A DNA stretch of 64,000 nt from Bacteroidales bacterium. GTDB taxonomy: Bacteria; Bacteroidota; Bacteroidia; Bacteroidales; UBA1556. Shown in pieces: positions 29,301-39,539 of this stretch. The DNA lies in the NCBI GenBank assembly GCA_027064095.1, contig JAMOQI010000032.1, forward strand, positions 25,316 through 89,315, in the 5' to 3' direction. A model generated the notes under the pieces. The model searched no databases, was not told the origin of the DNA, and worked only from the letters and a program-made list of their open reading frames with translations. Every line of letters starts with the position of its first letter. The stretch's first letter is position 1. Both the position numbers and the translations under genes were made by a program.

Positions 29301-29340
29301 TTAAGGAAGTGGGTTTTATCTCCCATTTCCTTAATTATTA
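29301..29340 (+). terminator. Hairpin downstream of kbl (weak T tract)
   Basis: TTAAGGAAGTGGG-TTTTATCT-CCCATTTCCTTAA followed by TTATTA. Confidence 0.4.
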
Positions 29341-29351
29341 ATATTAAAGTA

Positions 29352-29777
29352 ATGAATTTAGATATTTATAAGAATAGATTAAAGATAGAAATAAGGTATG
29401 CTGATTTAGATACCTATGGCCATGTTAATAACAAAGCTTTTGTGAGTTTTTTGGAAGATGCTCGTATTTATTATATGAAAGAAGTAATGAATTTTGTTCC
29501 AAAAAATTTAGATTTTGAAGCTGTTGTTGGAAGAATAGATATAACATATTTATCACCATTGTTTTTATATGATGATGTTTGGGTTTATACAAGATGTAAT
29601 AAAATTGGAACTAAAAGTTACGATTTAGAAAGCTTAATAATAAAAAAGAAAGATGGAAAAGAAATTATTGCTGCTAAATCTGTCGTTTATATGGTTTCTT
29701 ATGATTTAAAAAATGGAACCACAAAACCTAATAATGAAAAAATGATTAATAAATTAAAAAAATTCGAGGGTTTGTAG
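29352..29777 (+). CDS. Acyl-CoA thioesterase, 4HBT/YbgC hot-dog fold
   Basis: 141 aa. YADLDTYGHVNNKAFVSFLEDAR motif. Confidence 0.8.
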   Translation: MNLDIYKNRLKIEIRYADLDTYGHVNNKAFVSFLEDARIYYMKEVMNFVPKNLDFEAVVGRIDITYLSPLFLYDDVWVYTRCNKIGTKSYDLESLIIKKKDGKEIIAAKSVVYMVSYDLKNGTTKPNNEKMINKLKKFEGL

Positions 29778-29857
29778 AATATTTTATTCCAAAAAATATC
29801 AAAATTAGTTATTGATTATCAATTATTTATATTTTCAATAAATGGGTGTTGAATATA

Positions 29858-30114
29858 TTAACTCAGATTATTTACAAATAATATTGATAATAGAGTAAAA
29901 CTAATAATCTTAGTCTGATATAGGATTTCACTTACAGAAAGTTAATATTTAACAGAGGTTATTAAATTTGGATATTTTCCAAATATCCAAATTTAAGTTT
30001 TTCTAAATGAGCTTATCCCGAATTTGTTTAGGGAGAGTTTTCTCGCATTGTACTCCGCTATTTATTGCTTATTTATACAAAAACAAAGCGAATTGTATGA
30101 ATAATGTGGGTTAA
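29858..30114. mobile_element. MITE-like repeat, copy B (257-bp long variant with an internal 31-nt palindrome)
   Basis: Left end is TTAACTCAGATTATTTACAAATAAT; the right end reverse-complemented is TTAACCCACATTATTCATACAATTC. The subterminal hairpin is TTATTTATACAA-AAACAAAGCGAA-TTGTATGAATAA. The internal palindrome is AAATTTGGATATTT-TCC-AAATATCCAAATTT (29965-29995). Confidence 0.7.
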
Positions 30115-30165
30115 AGTAATAGACTAAAATTATATAGAACTAAAAACTATATAAACTATAGTATT

Positions 30166-30993
30166 CTACCAGCTGCCACCGGCTCCACCACCGCCAAAAC
30201 CGCCTCCACCGAAGCCTCCAAAACCGCCTCCACTTCCGAAGTCACTTCCTCCACCGAAACCTCCAAAGCCACCACTTCCCCCGGAGAAATTATTATAATA
30301 ACCTCGATGAGAATTTGAAGAATTCATCATCAATAAAAAGGCTGCCCAGAAACCAATATTGTTTATTCTGGAATATGAATATGCACTTGAGCCTGCTTTG
30401 AAACTAAAAAGAAAAAACATTAATAATATAATACCAAGTAAAGATAAAACAGATCCTTTTGAGCTTGTTTTCTTTTGATAATCATCAGCAGTGTATTCAC
30501 CATAAGTGATATCCATAATTACATTTATGGCAGATTCAATACCTTTTGAATAATTTCCTTGTTTAAAATTAGGAATCATTTCATTTTCTACTATTCTATT
30601 GGCAATAGCATCTGGAATAAGGTGTTCTAATCCATAGCCTACAGCGATAAAAGTTTTACGTTGTCCCGGACCACCAGTAGGTTTCACCATTATCATAATA
30701 CCATTATCTTTACCTTTTTGTCCTATTTGCCACTTATGTGCCAGAGTAGTAGTATAATCTGCTTTATCCATTCCTTGCAAATCCTGTACTATTACTACTA
30801 CTATTGCTGTAGAAGTTTCTTTAGTAAAAGAGCGTAATTTATTTTCTAATCTAACTTTATCAGATTGAGAAAGTAATCCAACAAAGTCATTTACCGCCAT
30901 AGGTGGATTTGGACGTTCCGGTAAATTTTGAGCCAAAAGGAATGTTGGGTTTAGTAAAAAAACGAAGATTATTATTTTGACAATTTTATTCAT
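30166..30993 (-). CDS. TPM-domain (YgcG-like) membrane protein with a Gly-rich C-terminal tail
   Basis: 275 aa. Signal peptide, TPM/DUF477-like domain, TM helix, tail GGSGGFGGFGGGSDFGSGGGFGGFGGGGFGGGGAGGSW. Confidence 0.75.
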   Translation of the reverse strand: MNKIVKIIIFVFLLNPTFLLAQNLPERPNPPMAVNDFVGLLSQSDKVRLENKLRSFTKETSTAIVVVIVQDLQGMDKADYTTTLAHKWQIGQKGKDNGIMIMVKPTGGPGQRKTFIAVGYGLEHLIPDAIANRIVENEMIPNFKQGNYSKGIESAINVIMDITYGEYTADDYQKKTSSKGSVLSLLGIILLMFFLFSFKAGSSAYSYSRINNIGFWAAFLLMMNSSNSHRGYYNNFSGGSGGFGGFGGGSDFGSGGGFGGFGGGGFGGGGAGGSW

Positions 30994-31023
30994 ATCATAT
31001 TATTATTTAAGTAAATATCACTT

Positions 31024-31464
31024 CTATTTACCAAAAGAAATGTCATCATCAAGTTCATTTATATCATCACTTTTATATGGGAAGAAAGCTTTTAATTTTT
31101 CTCCAGCCATTGATATTCCTTCTATTAGACCATCAGAGAAATTATTAGATTTAAAGTGTATTAACATATTTTCTTTAACATCTTCCCAAAAATCATCTGA
31201 TACAACATTATTAATACCGGCATCACCGAGTATTGCAAATTTGTGGTCATCAACAGCTAAATAAAACAAGACTCCATTTCGTAGTTTAGTCTTATGCATT
31301 TCCAATTTTTCAAAAATATAAGAAGCGCGATCTAATACATCACCTTTGCATTTTTTATCAATGTGCACTCTTATTTCGCCTGAGGTTTCTTTTTCAGCAA
31401 GCTTTATAGCATTAACTATTTTATCTTTTTCAGATTTGCTAAAAAAGTTTTTTATATTAGACAT
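31024..31464 (-). CDS. TPM-domain protein (cytoplasmic type)
   Basis: 146 aa. ETSGEIRVHIDKKC and LFYLAVDDHKFAILGDAGI blocks typical of TPM/DUF477. Confidence 0.7.
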   Translation of the reverse strand: MSNIKNFFSKSEKDKIVNAIKLAEKETSGEIRVHIDKKCKGDVLDRASYIFEKLEMHKTKLRNGVLFYLAVDDHKFAILGDAGINNVVSDDFWEDVKENMLIHFKSNNFSDGLIEGISMAGEKLKAFFPYKSDDINELDDDISFGK

Positions 31465-31494
31465 AATAATGTTATTTTATTGTATAACAACTTA

Positions 31495-32076
31495 TTAAAA
31501 CTCAACTGTAGGTGCATTTTCAGAGCCTTTAGAAGCTTGAAACATTTCTTTTTTGGGAAATTCATCTTCATCGCCAAATACTCCTAAAGCCCATTTTCTA
31601 AATTTACCTCTGATAAATTTATTGTAGTTTTTAGCAGCTTCGTTGAATCTGTTACGTTCCACATTAATTCTGTTTTCAGTACCTTCTAATTGAGCTTGAA
31701 GATCGCTAAAATTTTGGGTTGATTTTATCTCCGGATAAGCTTCAAAAGCCAAATTAATAGCTGTATTAATTTTCTTTCCCATTAACTCCATATCTTCTGG
31801 AGTTTTAGCATTTACTATGCCGGCACGAGCTTGAGTAACTTGAGTTAGGATGGCTTTTTCATTTTCAGCAGCTCCTTTTACTGTGGCTACCAAATTTGGT
31901 ACTAAATCTGCTCTTCTTTGATATGCACCTTGTACATTTCCCCATTGCGCATTTACATTTTCTTGTAAATTAACAGCTTGATTATAAGTATTATTCATCC
32001 AATTAATAGTCATAAATACTATTAATATTATTGCTCCAATAATAATTAGAGGTTTAAACCATTTTTGTTGTGTCAT
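31495..32076 (-). CDS. lemA: LemA family protein
   Basis: 193 aa. N-terminal TM helix and full-length LemA-like sequence (QRRADLVPNLV...ENRI..RNRFNE). Confidence 0.88.
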   Translation of the reverse strand: MTQQKWFKPLIIIGAIILIVFMTINWMNNTYNQAVNLQENVNAQWGNVQGAYQRRADLVPNLVATVKGAAENEKAILTQVTQARAGIVNAKTPEDMELMGKKINTAINLAFEAYPEIKSTQNFSDLQAQLEGTENRINVERNRFNEAAKNYNKFIRGKFRKWALGVFGDEDEFPKKEMFQASKGSENAPTVEF

Positions 32077-32169
32077 ATTCCTTTTGTTTTAAAATTTGAT
32101 TGTAAAATTACAACATTATTAAATTGATAAATCGGTTTATTTACTTAATAATAAATTATTTAAAGTTAT

Positions 32170-32742
32170 TTAACAGTATTTAATCCAGTTTTCTATCATT
32201 TTTAAACCAAATTCTGTTAATACCGACTCTGGATGAAATTGTACACTTCTTAGGTTAAAAGTCTTATGTTTAAGAGATTGTATTATTCCATATTCATCAG
32301 TAGAAGTAATAATAAAAGGTAAATTTTCAATACTTTTTTTATCAATTATCCATGAGTGATAGCGTCCTGATAAAAAAGTGTTTGGAATATCATTATAAAA
32401 TTTTTCATCAATATTATTTTGATAAGTAGTAACGGCAATACCATGAAGCGGCTCTGAAAGATTATTAAGCTTTGCACCAAAATTCTCACCTATCGCTTGG
32501 TGGCCTAAACATACTCCAAGTATTTTTTTGGAGTCGGAATAATTATTAATTATATCCATTGTAATTCCTGCATCCTTTGGTAAACCGGGTCCGGGAGATA
32601 TTATAATGGAGTCAAACTCATTTACTTGCTCTAGTGTAAGTTCATTATTTCGTTTAACTATTACATTATTGCAATACTTCCTTGCATAATGTTCTAGATT
32701 ATAAGTAAACGAATCAAAATTATCAATTATTAAAAGCTTCAT
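32170..32742 (-). CDS. pabA: Glutamine amidotransferase, anthranilate/aminodeoxychorismate synthase component II
   Basis: The ORF track start 32766 is a TTG; trimmed to ATG 32742 (MKLLIIDNFDSFTYNL). GVCLGHQ Cys nucleophile, FHPES. Confidence 0.88.
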   Translation of the reverse strand: MKLLIIDNFDSFTYNLEHYARKYCNNVIVKRNNELTLEQVNEFDSIIISPGPGLPKDAGITMDIINNYSDSKKILGVCLGHQAIGENFGAKLNNLSEPLHGIAVTTYQNNIDEKFYNDIPNTFLSGRYHSWIIDKKSIENLPFIITSTDEYGIIQSLKHKTFNLRSVQFHPESVLTEFGLKMIENWIKYC

Positions 32743-32883
32743 AAAATGAATTATATATAAGGGCAAAAATAGAAGTATTTTTTCTTGCTTTTAAATAAGA
32801 AGGAATAATTAAATCCATTATTATATAGTAAATATTTAATAATTAAATTTTTATTAAATTAGCTCTGAAAAAATTAAAAGGAA

Positions 32884-34962
32884 ATGCGTTTCAATAAATA
32901 TCCGGTATTAAGATTATTAATTGCATTAGTTATTGGAATTTTGATAGCTTATTTTATAGAATTTTCTTTTATAAAATGGTATTATTTTTTTCCTATTCTT
33001 GCTATGCTTTCGTTTCTTGCATTTCCCAGAAAATACTTATTTCCTTATAGGTTTAGATATTTCACAGGTAGCTATATTTATTTTGCTTTTATAGTATTGG
33101 GAATATTAACATTGCGCTATCATTCTTTAAAAGTTAATAGTAATTATATTGGAAAGTATGTTAATTCTGCTAATCAAATTTTAGTAAAAGTTATAGAACC
33201 ACCTCGACAAACAGAAAAGACAGTTAAGCTTTTTGTATCTATAAAAAGTTGTAATACGATAAAAACATCGCAATTTTGTTATGGAAAAGCTGTTTTATAT
33301 TTACAAAAAGATAGCAATGCTTTAAATATAGTATTTGGTGATATTCTTGTAATAAATAAAAATCTAAAACCAATTCAGCAACCTTCTTCACCGGATCAAT
33401 TTGATTATGCGTCGTATTTATCGCTGCAAGATATTTATTATCAACAATATATTAAATCAGGAGAATGGTATGTGGTAGATAATGAATCAAAATATAGCAT
33501 AACCCGATATGCTATTTCTATCAGACAAAAATTGTTACAAATATTAGAGCAAAACAGTGTTCATGGGGATGAGTTATCAGTAGCAGCTGGTATGATATTA
33601 GGTCAGCGCGATTTGCTATCTCCGGAATTACGAAAATCATATGCCGGTGCCGGAGCAATGCATATTCTTTGTGTATCAGGTCTTCATGTAGGTATTATTT
33701 ACCTTATATTAAATTTTTTATTCATAAAATTGAGTAATAGACATCGTGATTTAGCAATTAAGGCTTTTATTATTTTAGTAAGTATATGGATATACGCTAT
33801 TATAACAGGATTATCACCTTCTGTAGTACGGTCGGCTATAATGTTTACTTTTATTACTTTAGGAAAGAGAAATGGTCGTAAAACAAATATTATTGGGTCT
33901 ATTTCTTCTTCTGCATTGGCTTTATTAATATTAAATCCAAATTTGCTTTTCGATATTGGCTTTCAACTTTCTTATTCTGCAGTATTTGCAATAGTTATTT
34001 TACAAAAACATTTAGTGAGATTATGGACACCTATAAATGGTTTCGTATATACAATATGGAATTTAATTATAGTTTCAATAGCGGCACAAATTGGTACAGC
34101 ACCTTTATCTATATATTATTTTCATCAGTTTCCTAATTTGTTTATTGTTACTAATTTAATTGTTATACCTGCGGCTTATCTAATTATTGTATTAGGACTA
34201 TTTGTATTATTATTTTCTTTTATTCCGGTGGTTTCTGCTTTTATTGGTAAAGGATTATCATACACCCTTTTAGCATTAAACAATATCATAACTTATATAG
34301 AACATTTACCTTATGCCGTTAGTAGAGATTTATATATTAGTTTACCAATATTAATTTTGACATTTCTTTTAATAATATCCATAAGCTATTGGCTAATAAA
34401 ACAAAAAAAACAGTTCATATATGTAAATCTTTTATTGGTAATACTAAGTTTGTTGTTTTTCACACAGAACTACGATAGAGATAATGAATTTATTATATAT
34501 CCGGATAAAGAAAGTCTTTATATGGCAATTTATTCTAATAATGAAGCTTGGATAATATGTGATACTTCCATTTATAATAATCCGAATAAAATGAGTTTTC
34601 AAGTAAAGGAACATGAATTACATAAAGGTATTAGAAAACGTCATTTTATATTACTTGATTCGTTACAAAAGGTAGAAACAAAAACATTTTCTATTGATTT
34701 TCCATATTGTAAAATAGGAAATATTATGCTTAATTTAGATGGAAAAAGAGAAACAGATAGTTTATATAATATTAGATGTAATTATTACATATTCAATTCG
34801 TTAACTAAAAACAATATAGTTCCAAATGATAAAACAACTAAGATAATTATTTGCAATAATATTTCTCCATGGATACGTAAAAAACTTATATATAATGCCA
34901 AAAAACAGTCAGTTCTATATTTTGATATCAAAGAAAATGGTGCTTGGAGAATTAGATTTTAG
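32884..34962 (+). CDS. comEC: ComEC/Rec2 family DNA internalisation channel protein
   Basis: 692 aa polytopic protein. The competence-domain block GAGAMHILCVSGLHVG is present. No C-terminal metallo-beta-lactamase motif is seen. Confidence 0.85.
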   Translation: MRFNKYPVLRLLIALVIGILIAYFIEFSFIKWYYFFPILAMLSFLAFPRKYLFPYRFRYFTGSYIYFAFIVLGILTLRYHSLKVNSNYIGKYVNSANQILVKVIEPPRQTEKTVKLFVSIKSCNTIKTSQFCYGKAVLYLQKDSNALNIVFGDILVINKNLKPIQQPSSPDQFDYASYLSLQDIYYQQYIKSGEWYVVDNESKYSITRYAISIRQKLLQILEQNSVHGDELSVAAGMILGQRDLLSPELRKSYAGAGAMHILCVSGLHVGIIYLILNFLFIKLSNRHRDLAIKAFIILVSIWIYAIITGLSPSVVRSAIMFTFITLGKRNGRKTNIIGSISSSALALLILNPNLLFDIGFQLSYSAVFAIVILQKHLVRLWTPINGFVYTIWNLIIVSIAAQIGTAPLSIYYFHQFPNLFIVTNLIVIPAAYLIIVLGLFVLLFSFIPVVSAFIGKGLSYTLLALNNIITYIEHLPYAVSRDLYISLPILILTFLLIISISYWLIKQKKQFIYVNLLLVILSLLFFTQNYDRDNEFIIYPDKESLYMAIYSNNEAWIICDTSIYNNPNKMSFQVKEHELHKGIRKRHFILLDSLQKVETKTFSIDFPYCKIGNIMLNLDGKRETDSLYNIRCNYYIFNSLTKNNIVPNDKTTKIIICNNISPWIRKKLIYNAKKQSVLYFDIKENGAWRIRF

Positions 34963-34977
34963 TGATGAAATATTTCT

Positions 34978-34985
34978 TACCTTTG
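34978..34985 (+). promoter_or_regulatory. -7 promoter box (TACCTTTG) for efp
   Basis: TAnnTTTG match 31 nt upstream of ATG 35016. Confidence 0.5.
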
Positions 34986-35015
34986 CAGCCTTATAATTTC
35001 AAATAAATTTATCTA

Positions 35016-35582
35016 ATGGCAACAACTTCAGATTTTAAAAACGGTTTGGTAATGCTCTTTAATGGAGAGTTATACTCTATCGTTGAATTTCAACATGTTA
35101 AACCAGGAAAAGGTCCTGCTTTTGTTAGAACCAAATTAAAAAATGTAAAAACAGGAAAAGTTATTCCAAATACTTTCACTGCAGGAGTAAAAGTAGATGT
35201 ACAAAGAATTGAACGAAGACAATATCAATACTTGTATAACGATGGTGCTGATTACCATTTTATGAATAATGATACATACGAGCAAACTTTTATTGCTGAA
35301 GAGTTAATCAATGCTCCAGACTTAATGAAAGAAGGTCAAATGGTAGAAATAGTTTTCCATGCTGATACAGAAACAGCTCTTTATTGTGAACTTCCACCAT
35401 TTGTAGTATTAGAAATCACATATACAGAACCCGGTGAAAAAGGAAATACAGCTACCAATACTTTTAAAGATGCCACTGTTGAAACAGGCGCAACTGTTAA
35501 GGTTCCGTTATTTATAAATACCGGAGAAAAAATCAAGGTTGATACCCGTACACATACATATTCAGAAAGAGTAAAAGGCTAA
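35016..35582 (+). CDS. efp: Translation elongation factor P
   Basis: 188 aa. [16 protein letters not shown] motif. Confidence 0.97.
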   Translation: MATTSDFKNGLVMLFNGELYSIVEFQHVKPGKGPAFVRTKLKNVKTGKVIPNTFTAGVKVDVQRIERRQYQYLYNDGADYHFMNNDTYEQTFIAEELINAPDLMKEGQMVEIVFHADTETALYCELPPFVVLEITYTEPGEKGNTATNTFKDATVETGATVKVPLFINTGEKIKVDTRTHTYSERVKG

Positions 35583-35603
35583 TATATCAAAATATTATAA
35601 ATC

Positions 35604-35636
35604 AAAGCCCTTGAGTTAATTCTCCGGGGCTTTTTT
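35604..35636 (+). terminator. Rho-independent terminator of efp
   Basis: AAAGCCC-(16-nt loop)-GGGCTTT followed by TTTTT. Confidence 0.6.
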
Positions 35637-35655
35637 ATTGCCTCAATTTTATTTA

Positions 35656-35748
35656 TTAATACGCATTTATTTACCATGTTGAATAATATTAGATGCTATT
35701 GATTATTCATACAATTTTCTTTGCTTTTGCATGAATAATGCGGGTTAA
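35656..35748. mobile_element. MITE-like repeat, copy C (93-bp short variant)
   Basis: The left end TTAATACGCATTTATTTACCATG is degenerate. The right end reverse-complemented is TTAACCCGCATTATTCATGCAA. The subterminal hairpin is ATTATTCATACAA-TTTTCTTTGCTTTT-GCATGAATAAT. Confidence 0.65.
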
Positions 35749-35838
35749 TTTTTATGATGCATGTATTTGGGCTGTAATAGTTGAATTTATCAGTGATTTT
35801 TATCATTTAAAAAAGCCTTATAGTCCCAATGATTTTAG

Positions 35839-35846
35839 TATCTTTG
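35839..35846 (+). promoter_or_regulatory. -7 promoter box (TATCTTTG) for the suf operon
   Basis: TAnnTTTG match 37 nt upstream of the sufB ATG at 35883. Confidence 0.5.
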
Positions 35847-35882
35847 CGGCGCTATTTAAATTTAATCTAAATAAGAAAACTA

Positions 35883-37331
35883 ATGGCAAAAGACGAACAA
35901 AAAATTATTGGAGATGTAACAAACTCTGATTATAAATATGGATTTTACTCTGATATTGAGACCGATACTATCGCAAAGGGTCTTAGTGAAGAGACGGTCC
36001 GCATAATATCAATGAAAAAAGAGGAGCCTGAATGGCTGCTTGATTTTCGTTTAAAAGCTTATAGAAAATGGCTTACTATGGAGGAGCCTGATTGGGCTCA
36101 TTTGAATATTCCACCAATAGACTTTCAAGATATAATTTATTATGCTGCTCCAAAAAAGAAAAAAGAGTTAGAAAGTTTAAATGAAGTCGACCCTGAGTTA
36201 TTGGATACATTTAATAAGCTTGGTATTTCTCTTGAAGAGCAAAAAAAGCTTGCAGGTGTCGCTGTTGATGCCGTGATAGATAGTGTATCTGTAAAGACAA
36301 CTTTCTCAGCTACTTTAGAAGAAAAAGGAATTATTTTTATGTCCTTTAGCGAAGCAGTTCAAAAATATCCTGATTTAGTAAAGAAATATTTAGGAACAGT
36401 TGTTCCTATTGGTGACAATTATTTTGCTGCTTTAAACTCAGCTGTTTTTAGCGATGGATCGTTTTGTTATATTCCAAAAGGAGTTCGTTCACCGGTGGAG
36501 TTAAGTACTTATTTTAGAATAAATACAGCTAATACCGGTCAATTTGAAAGAACATTGATTATTGCTGATGAAGGTGCATATGTTAGTTATTTAGAAGGAT
36601 GTACGGCTCCACAACGTGATGAAAATCAACTTCATGCTGCTATAGTGGAAATTATTGCCCATAAAGATGGTGAAGTAAAGTATAGCACTGTTCAGAACTG
36701 GTATCCTGGTGATAAAGAGGGCAAAGGTGGAATTTATAATTTTGTTACCAAGCGCGGAATGTGTGAAGGCGATCGTTCTAAAATATCCTGGACACAAGTG
36801 GAAACAGGTTCTGCAATTACATGGAAATATCCCAGTTGTGTGTTAAAAGGTGATTTTTCAGTTGGTGAATTTTATTCTGTTGCTGTTACAAATAACTATC
36901 AACAAGCAGATACAGGATCTAAAATGATACATCTTGGTAAAAATACCAAAAGTACAATTATCTCCAAAGGTATTTCTGCCGGAAAAAGTCATAATAGTTA
37001 TCGTGGGTTGGTAAGAATAAATCCTAAGGCTGATAATTCCAGAAATTTTTCGCAATGTGATAGTCTTTTGTTAGGTGATAAATGTGGAGCTCATACTTTT
37101 CCATATATTGAGTCAATGAATACATCAGCAATTGTTGAGCATGAAGCTACAACTTCTAAAATTTCTGATGCACAGTTATTTTATTGTCAACAAAGAGGGT
37201 TAAGTCCCGAAAAATCAATTGGATTAATAGTTAATGGTTATGCCAAAGAAGTTTTAAATCAATTACCTATGGAGTTTGCTATGGAAGCACAAAAGCTACT
37301 TTCTATAAGTTTAGAAAATAGTGTAGGTTAA
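35883..37331 (+). CDS. sufB: Fe-S cluster assembly scaffold SufB
   Basis: 482 aa with full-length SufB-like sequence; first gene of sufBCDSE. Confidence 0.96.
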   Translation: MAKDEQKIIGDVTNSDYKYGFYSDIETDTIAKGLSEETVRIISMKKEEPEWLLDFRLKAYRKWLTMEEPDWAHLNIPPIDFQDIIYYAAPKKKKELESLNEVDPELLDTFNKLGISLEEQKKLAGVAVDAVIDSVSVKTTFSATLEEKGIIFMSFSEAVQKYPDLVKKYLGTVVPIGDNYFAALNSAVFSDGSFCYIPKGVRSPVELSTYFRINTANTGQFERTLIIADEGAYVSYLEGCTAPQRDENQLHAAIVEIIAHKDGEVKYSTVQNWYPGDKEGKGGIYNFVTKRGMCEGDRSKISWTQVETGSAITWKYPSCVLKGDFSVGEFYSVAVTNNYQQADTGSKMIHLGKNTKSTIISKGISAGKSHNSYRGLVRINPKADNSRNFSQCDSLLLGDKCGAHTFPYIESMNTSAIVEHEATTSKISDAQLFYCQQRGLSPEKSIGLIVNGYAKEVLNQLPMEFAMEAQKLLSISLENSVG

Positions 37332-37363
37332 TTTAAATAAGAATACCTTAAAGAAGATATATA

Positions 37364-38116
37364 ATGTTACAAATAAAAGATTTACATGTAAGCGTACAAG
37401 GAAAAGAGATCCTTACCGGTTTAAACCTTGAAGTAAATGCTGGTGAAGTGCATGCTATTATGGGGCCTAATGGTACGGGAAAAAGTACATTAGCCTCCGT
37501 AATTGCCGGTAATGAAAACTATGAAGTTACCAAAGGTGAAATAATATATAATTCTAAAAATTTACTTGAATTATCAATAGAAGATAGAGCTCGCGAAGGC
37601 GTGTTTCTTGGTTTTCAATATCCTGTTGAAATACCAGGTGTAAGCATGACAAATTTTATGAGAACCGCATTGGACGAAATTCGTGAATATAGAGGAGAAA
37701 AACCTCTTTCTGCTGCTCAATTTTTAAAATATATGAAGCAGAAAAAAGCTCTTGTTGAAATGCAGGATAAATTAAATAATCGTTCTGTTAATGAAGGTTT
37801 CTCTGGTGGCGAGAAAAAGAAGAATGAGATTTTTCAGATGGCAATGTTAGAACCTAAATTAGCTATTTTGGATGAAACAGATTCCGGTTTAGATATAGAT
37901 GCACTTCGCATAGTTGCAAATGGCGTTACTAAACTTAAATCTCCGGAAAATGCAACCATTGTTATTACTCATTACCAACGATTATTAGATTATATAGTTC
38001 CTGATTTTGTGCATGTTATGTATGAAGGAAGAATAGTTAAAACCGGAGATAAAAGCTTAGCTTTAGAATTGGAAGAAAAAGGATACGATTGGATAAAAGA
38101 TGAATTGAAAGCTTAG
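37364..38116 (+). CDS. sufC: Fe-S cluster assembly ATPase SufC
   Basis: 250 aa. Walker A GPNGTGKST, signature FSGGEKKK, Walker B ILDETDSGLD. Confidence 0.96.
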   Translation: MLQIKDLHVSVQGKEILTGLNLEVNAGEVHAIMGPNGTGKSTLASVIAGNENYEVTKGEIIYNSKNLLELSIEDRAREGVFLGFQYPVEIPGVSMTNFMRTALDEIREYRGEKPLSAAQFLKYMKQKKALVEMQDKLNNRSVNEGFSGGEKKKNEIFQMAMLEPKLAILDETDSGLDIDALRIVANGVTKLKSPENATIVITHYQRLLDYIVPDFVHVMYEGRIVKTGDKSLALELEEKGYDWIKDELKA

Positions 38117-38120
38117 TGAT

Positions 38121-39536
38121 ATGACTGATAATCCTAAAGAAATAGCCCTTGAACTAAAGGACAAATTGCTACAGCGATTTGAGAGTGTTTTACCGCATTT
38201 TGAATCCGACGAAAGTGATTTCTTTGTTAATAAACGAAAAAAAGCTATTGAAGCTTTTAAGGAAGTAGGTTTTCCTTCTACTAAAAATGAGTCGTGGCGG
38301 AAAACAGACCTAAAGCCATTTTTATTAAAAGATTACTCTTTCTCATTTACTGAAAATAATAATAACCAAATTCCTTCAGCATATAAATGTAATATTAATC
38401 AATTCGATACTGATTTGTTTACAATGGTAAATGGTAAATGGGTAAATGGATCTGATGGAGTTACAACTTACGATAATGGTACTGTCGTTGCTAGTTTAAG
38501 TACGGCGAAAATAGCTTTTCCTGAAATTTTTGAAAAGCATTTCGGTCAATGTGTTGTTAATGAACGAAATGGTCTTATTGCTTTAAATAGCGCTTTTTAT
38601 GAAGAGGGTTATTTTATTTATGTTCCTGATAATGTGTCGCATAATACAAATTTACAAATGGTAAATATTATCGAAACAAATCAGAATATTCTTACAAATA
38701 CAAGAAATATTGTTGTTTTAGGTAAAAATGCCAGACTTAAACTTGTACATTGTGATGATTCTGTTGATAATCAGTATAGCTTTATTAATAATGTGACAGA
38801 AATATGTTTGGATAATGGTGCTAATTTGGATTTTTATAAATTACAAAATAAAGATGATGAGGCTGTTGTATTAACAAATACTTTCGTTAGGCAAGATTCT
38901 GATTCTAATTTTACCTCAAACACTGTTGTGCTTAATGGAGGACTTATTCGTAATGACACCTATGTGAATTTGAATGGTGGAGGTGCAAATGCTGATGTTA
39001 TTGGTCTTTACCTTATGGACAATAAGCAAATTGTTGATAATCACGTTTTTATTGCTCATAATGTTTCTAATTGTACTAGTAATCAACTATTTAAAGGAAT
39101 AGTTGATAATGAAGCACGTGCTATTTTTAATGGTCATACTTTGGTAAAGCAAGATGCTCAACAAACATTGGCACTTCAAAATAATAATAATATTCAACTT
39201 ACTAACATTAGCAAAATAGATACTCATCCTTTCTTGGAAATTTATGCTGATGATGTTAAATGTAGCCATGGTGCAACAGTGGGACAATTGGATATGGAAG
39301 CAATGTTCTACTTAATGCAAAGAGGAATTTGTGAAAGAAATGCTAAAATGTTGCTTATGGTAGCATTTGTGGGTCAGATTATTAACAAAATAAAACTTCC
39401 AAATTTGCAAAAGAGTGTTGATGAGCTTGTACGCAAAAGATTAAAAGGAGAATTGAGTTCCTGTGAGCAATGTTCTATCCAATGTGCCGAGCCGGATAAA
39501 CCTCTTCATTTCGATATTGATATGTCTAAAGTTTAG
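38121..39536 (+). CDS. sufD: Fe-S cluster assembly protein SufD, with a Cys-containing C-terminal tail
   Basis: 471 aa. SufBD beta-helix region, position between sufC and sufS, tail ...SSCEQCSIQCAEPDKPLHFDIDMSKV. Confidence 0.9.
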   Translation: MTDNPKEIALELKDKLLQRFESVLPHFESDESDFFVNKRKKAIEAFKEVGFPSTKNESWRKTDLKPFLLKDYSFSFTENNNNQIPSAYKCNINQFDTDLFTMVNGKWVNGSDGVTTYDNGTVVASLSTAKIAFPEIFEKHFGQCVVNERNGLIALNSAFYEEGYFIYVPDNVSHNTNLQMVNIIETNQNILTNTRNIVVLGKNARLKLVHCDDSVDNQYSFINNVTEICLDNGANLDFYKLQNKDDEAVVLTNTFVRQDSDSNFTSNTVVLNGGLIRNDTYVNLNGGGANADVIGLYLMDNKQIVDNHVFIAHNVSNCTSNQLFKGIVDNEARAIFNGHTLVKQDAQQTLALQNNNNIQLTNISKIDTHPFLEIYADDVKCSHGATVGQLDMEAMFYLMQRGICERNAKMLLMVAFVGQIINKIKLPNLQKSVDELVRKRLKGELSSCEQCSIQCAEPDKPLHFDIDMSKV

Positions 39537-39539
39537 AAT

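Noticed and set aside
30166-30300. GC-rich short-period repeat (CCACC/GCC units) that stands out from the AT-rich background; checked as a possible CRISPR or tandem repeat
   Set aside because: It is the reverse strand of the Gly-rich tail (GGFGGFGGG...) of the TPM-domain protein, so it is coding low complexity. There is no spacer/repeat organisation.
35738-35929. 63-aa ORF upstream of and overlapping sufB
   Set aside because: It starts inside MITE copy C, runs through the sufB promoter box and overlaps the sufB start in another frame. It shows no recognisable protein features. It is most likely spurious.
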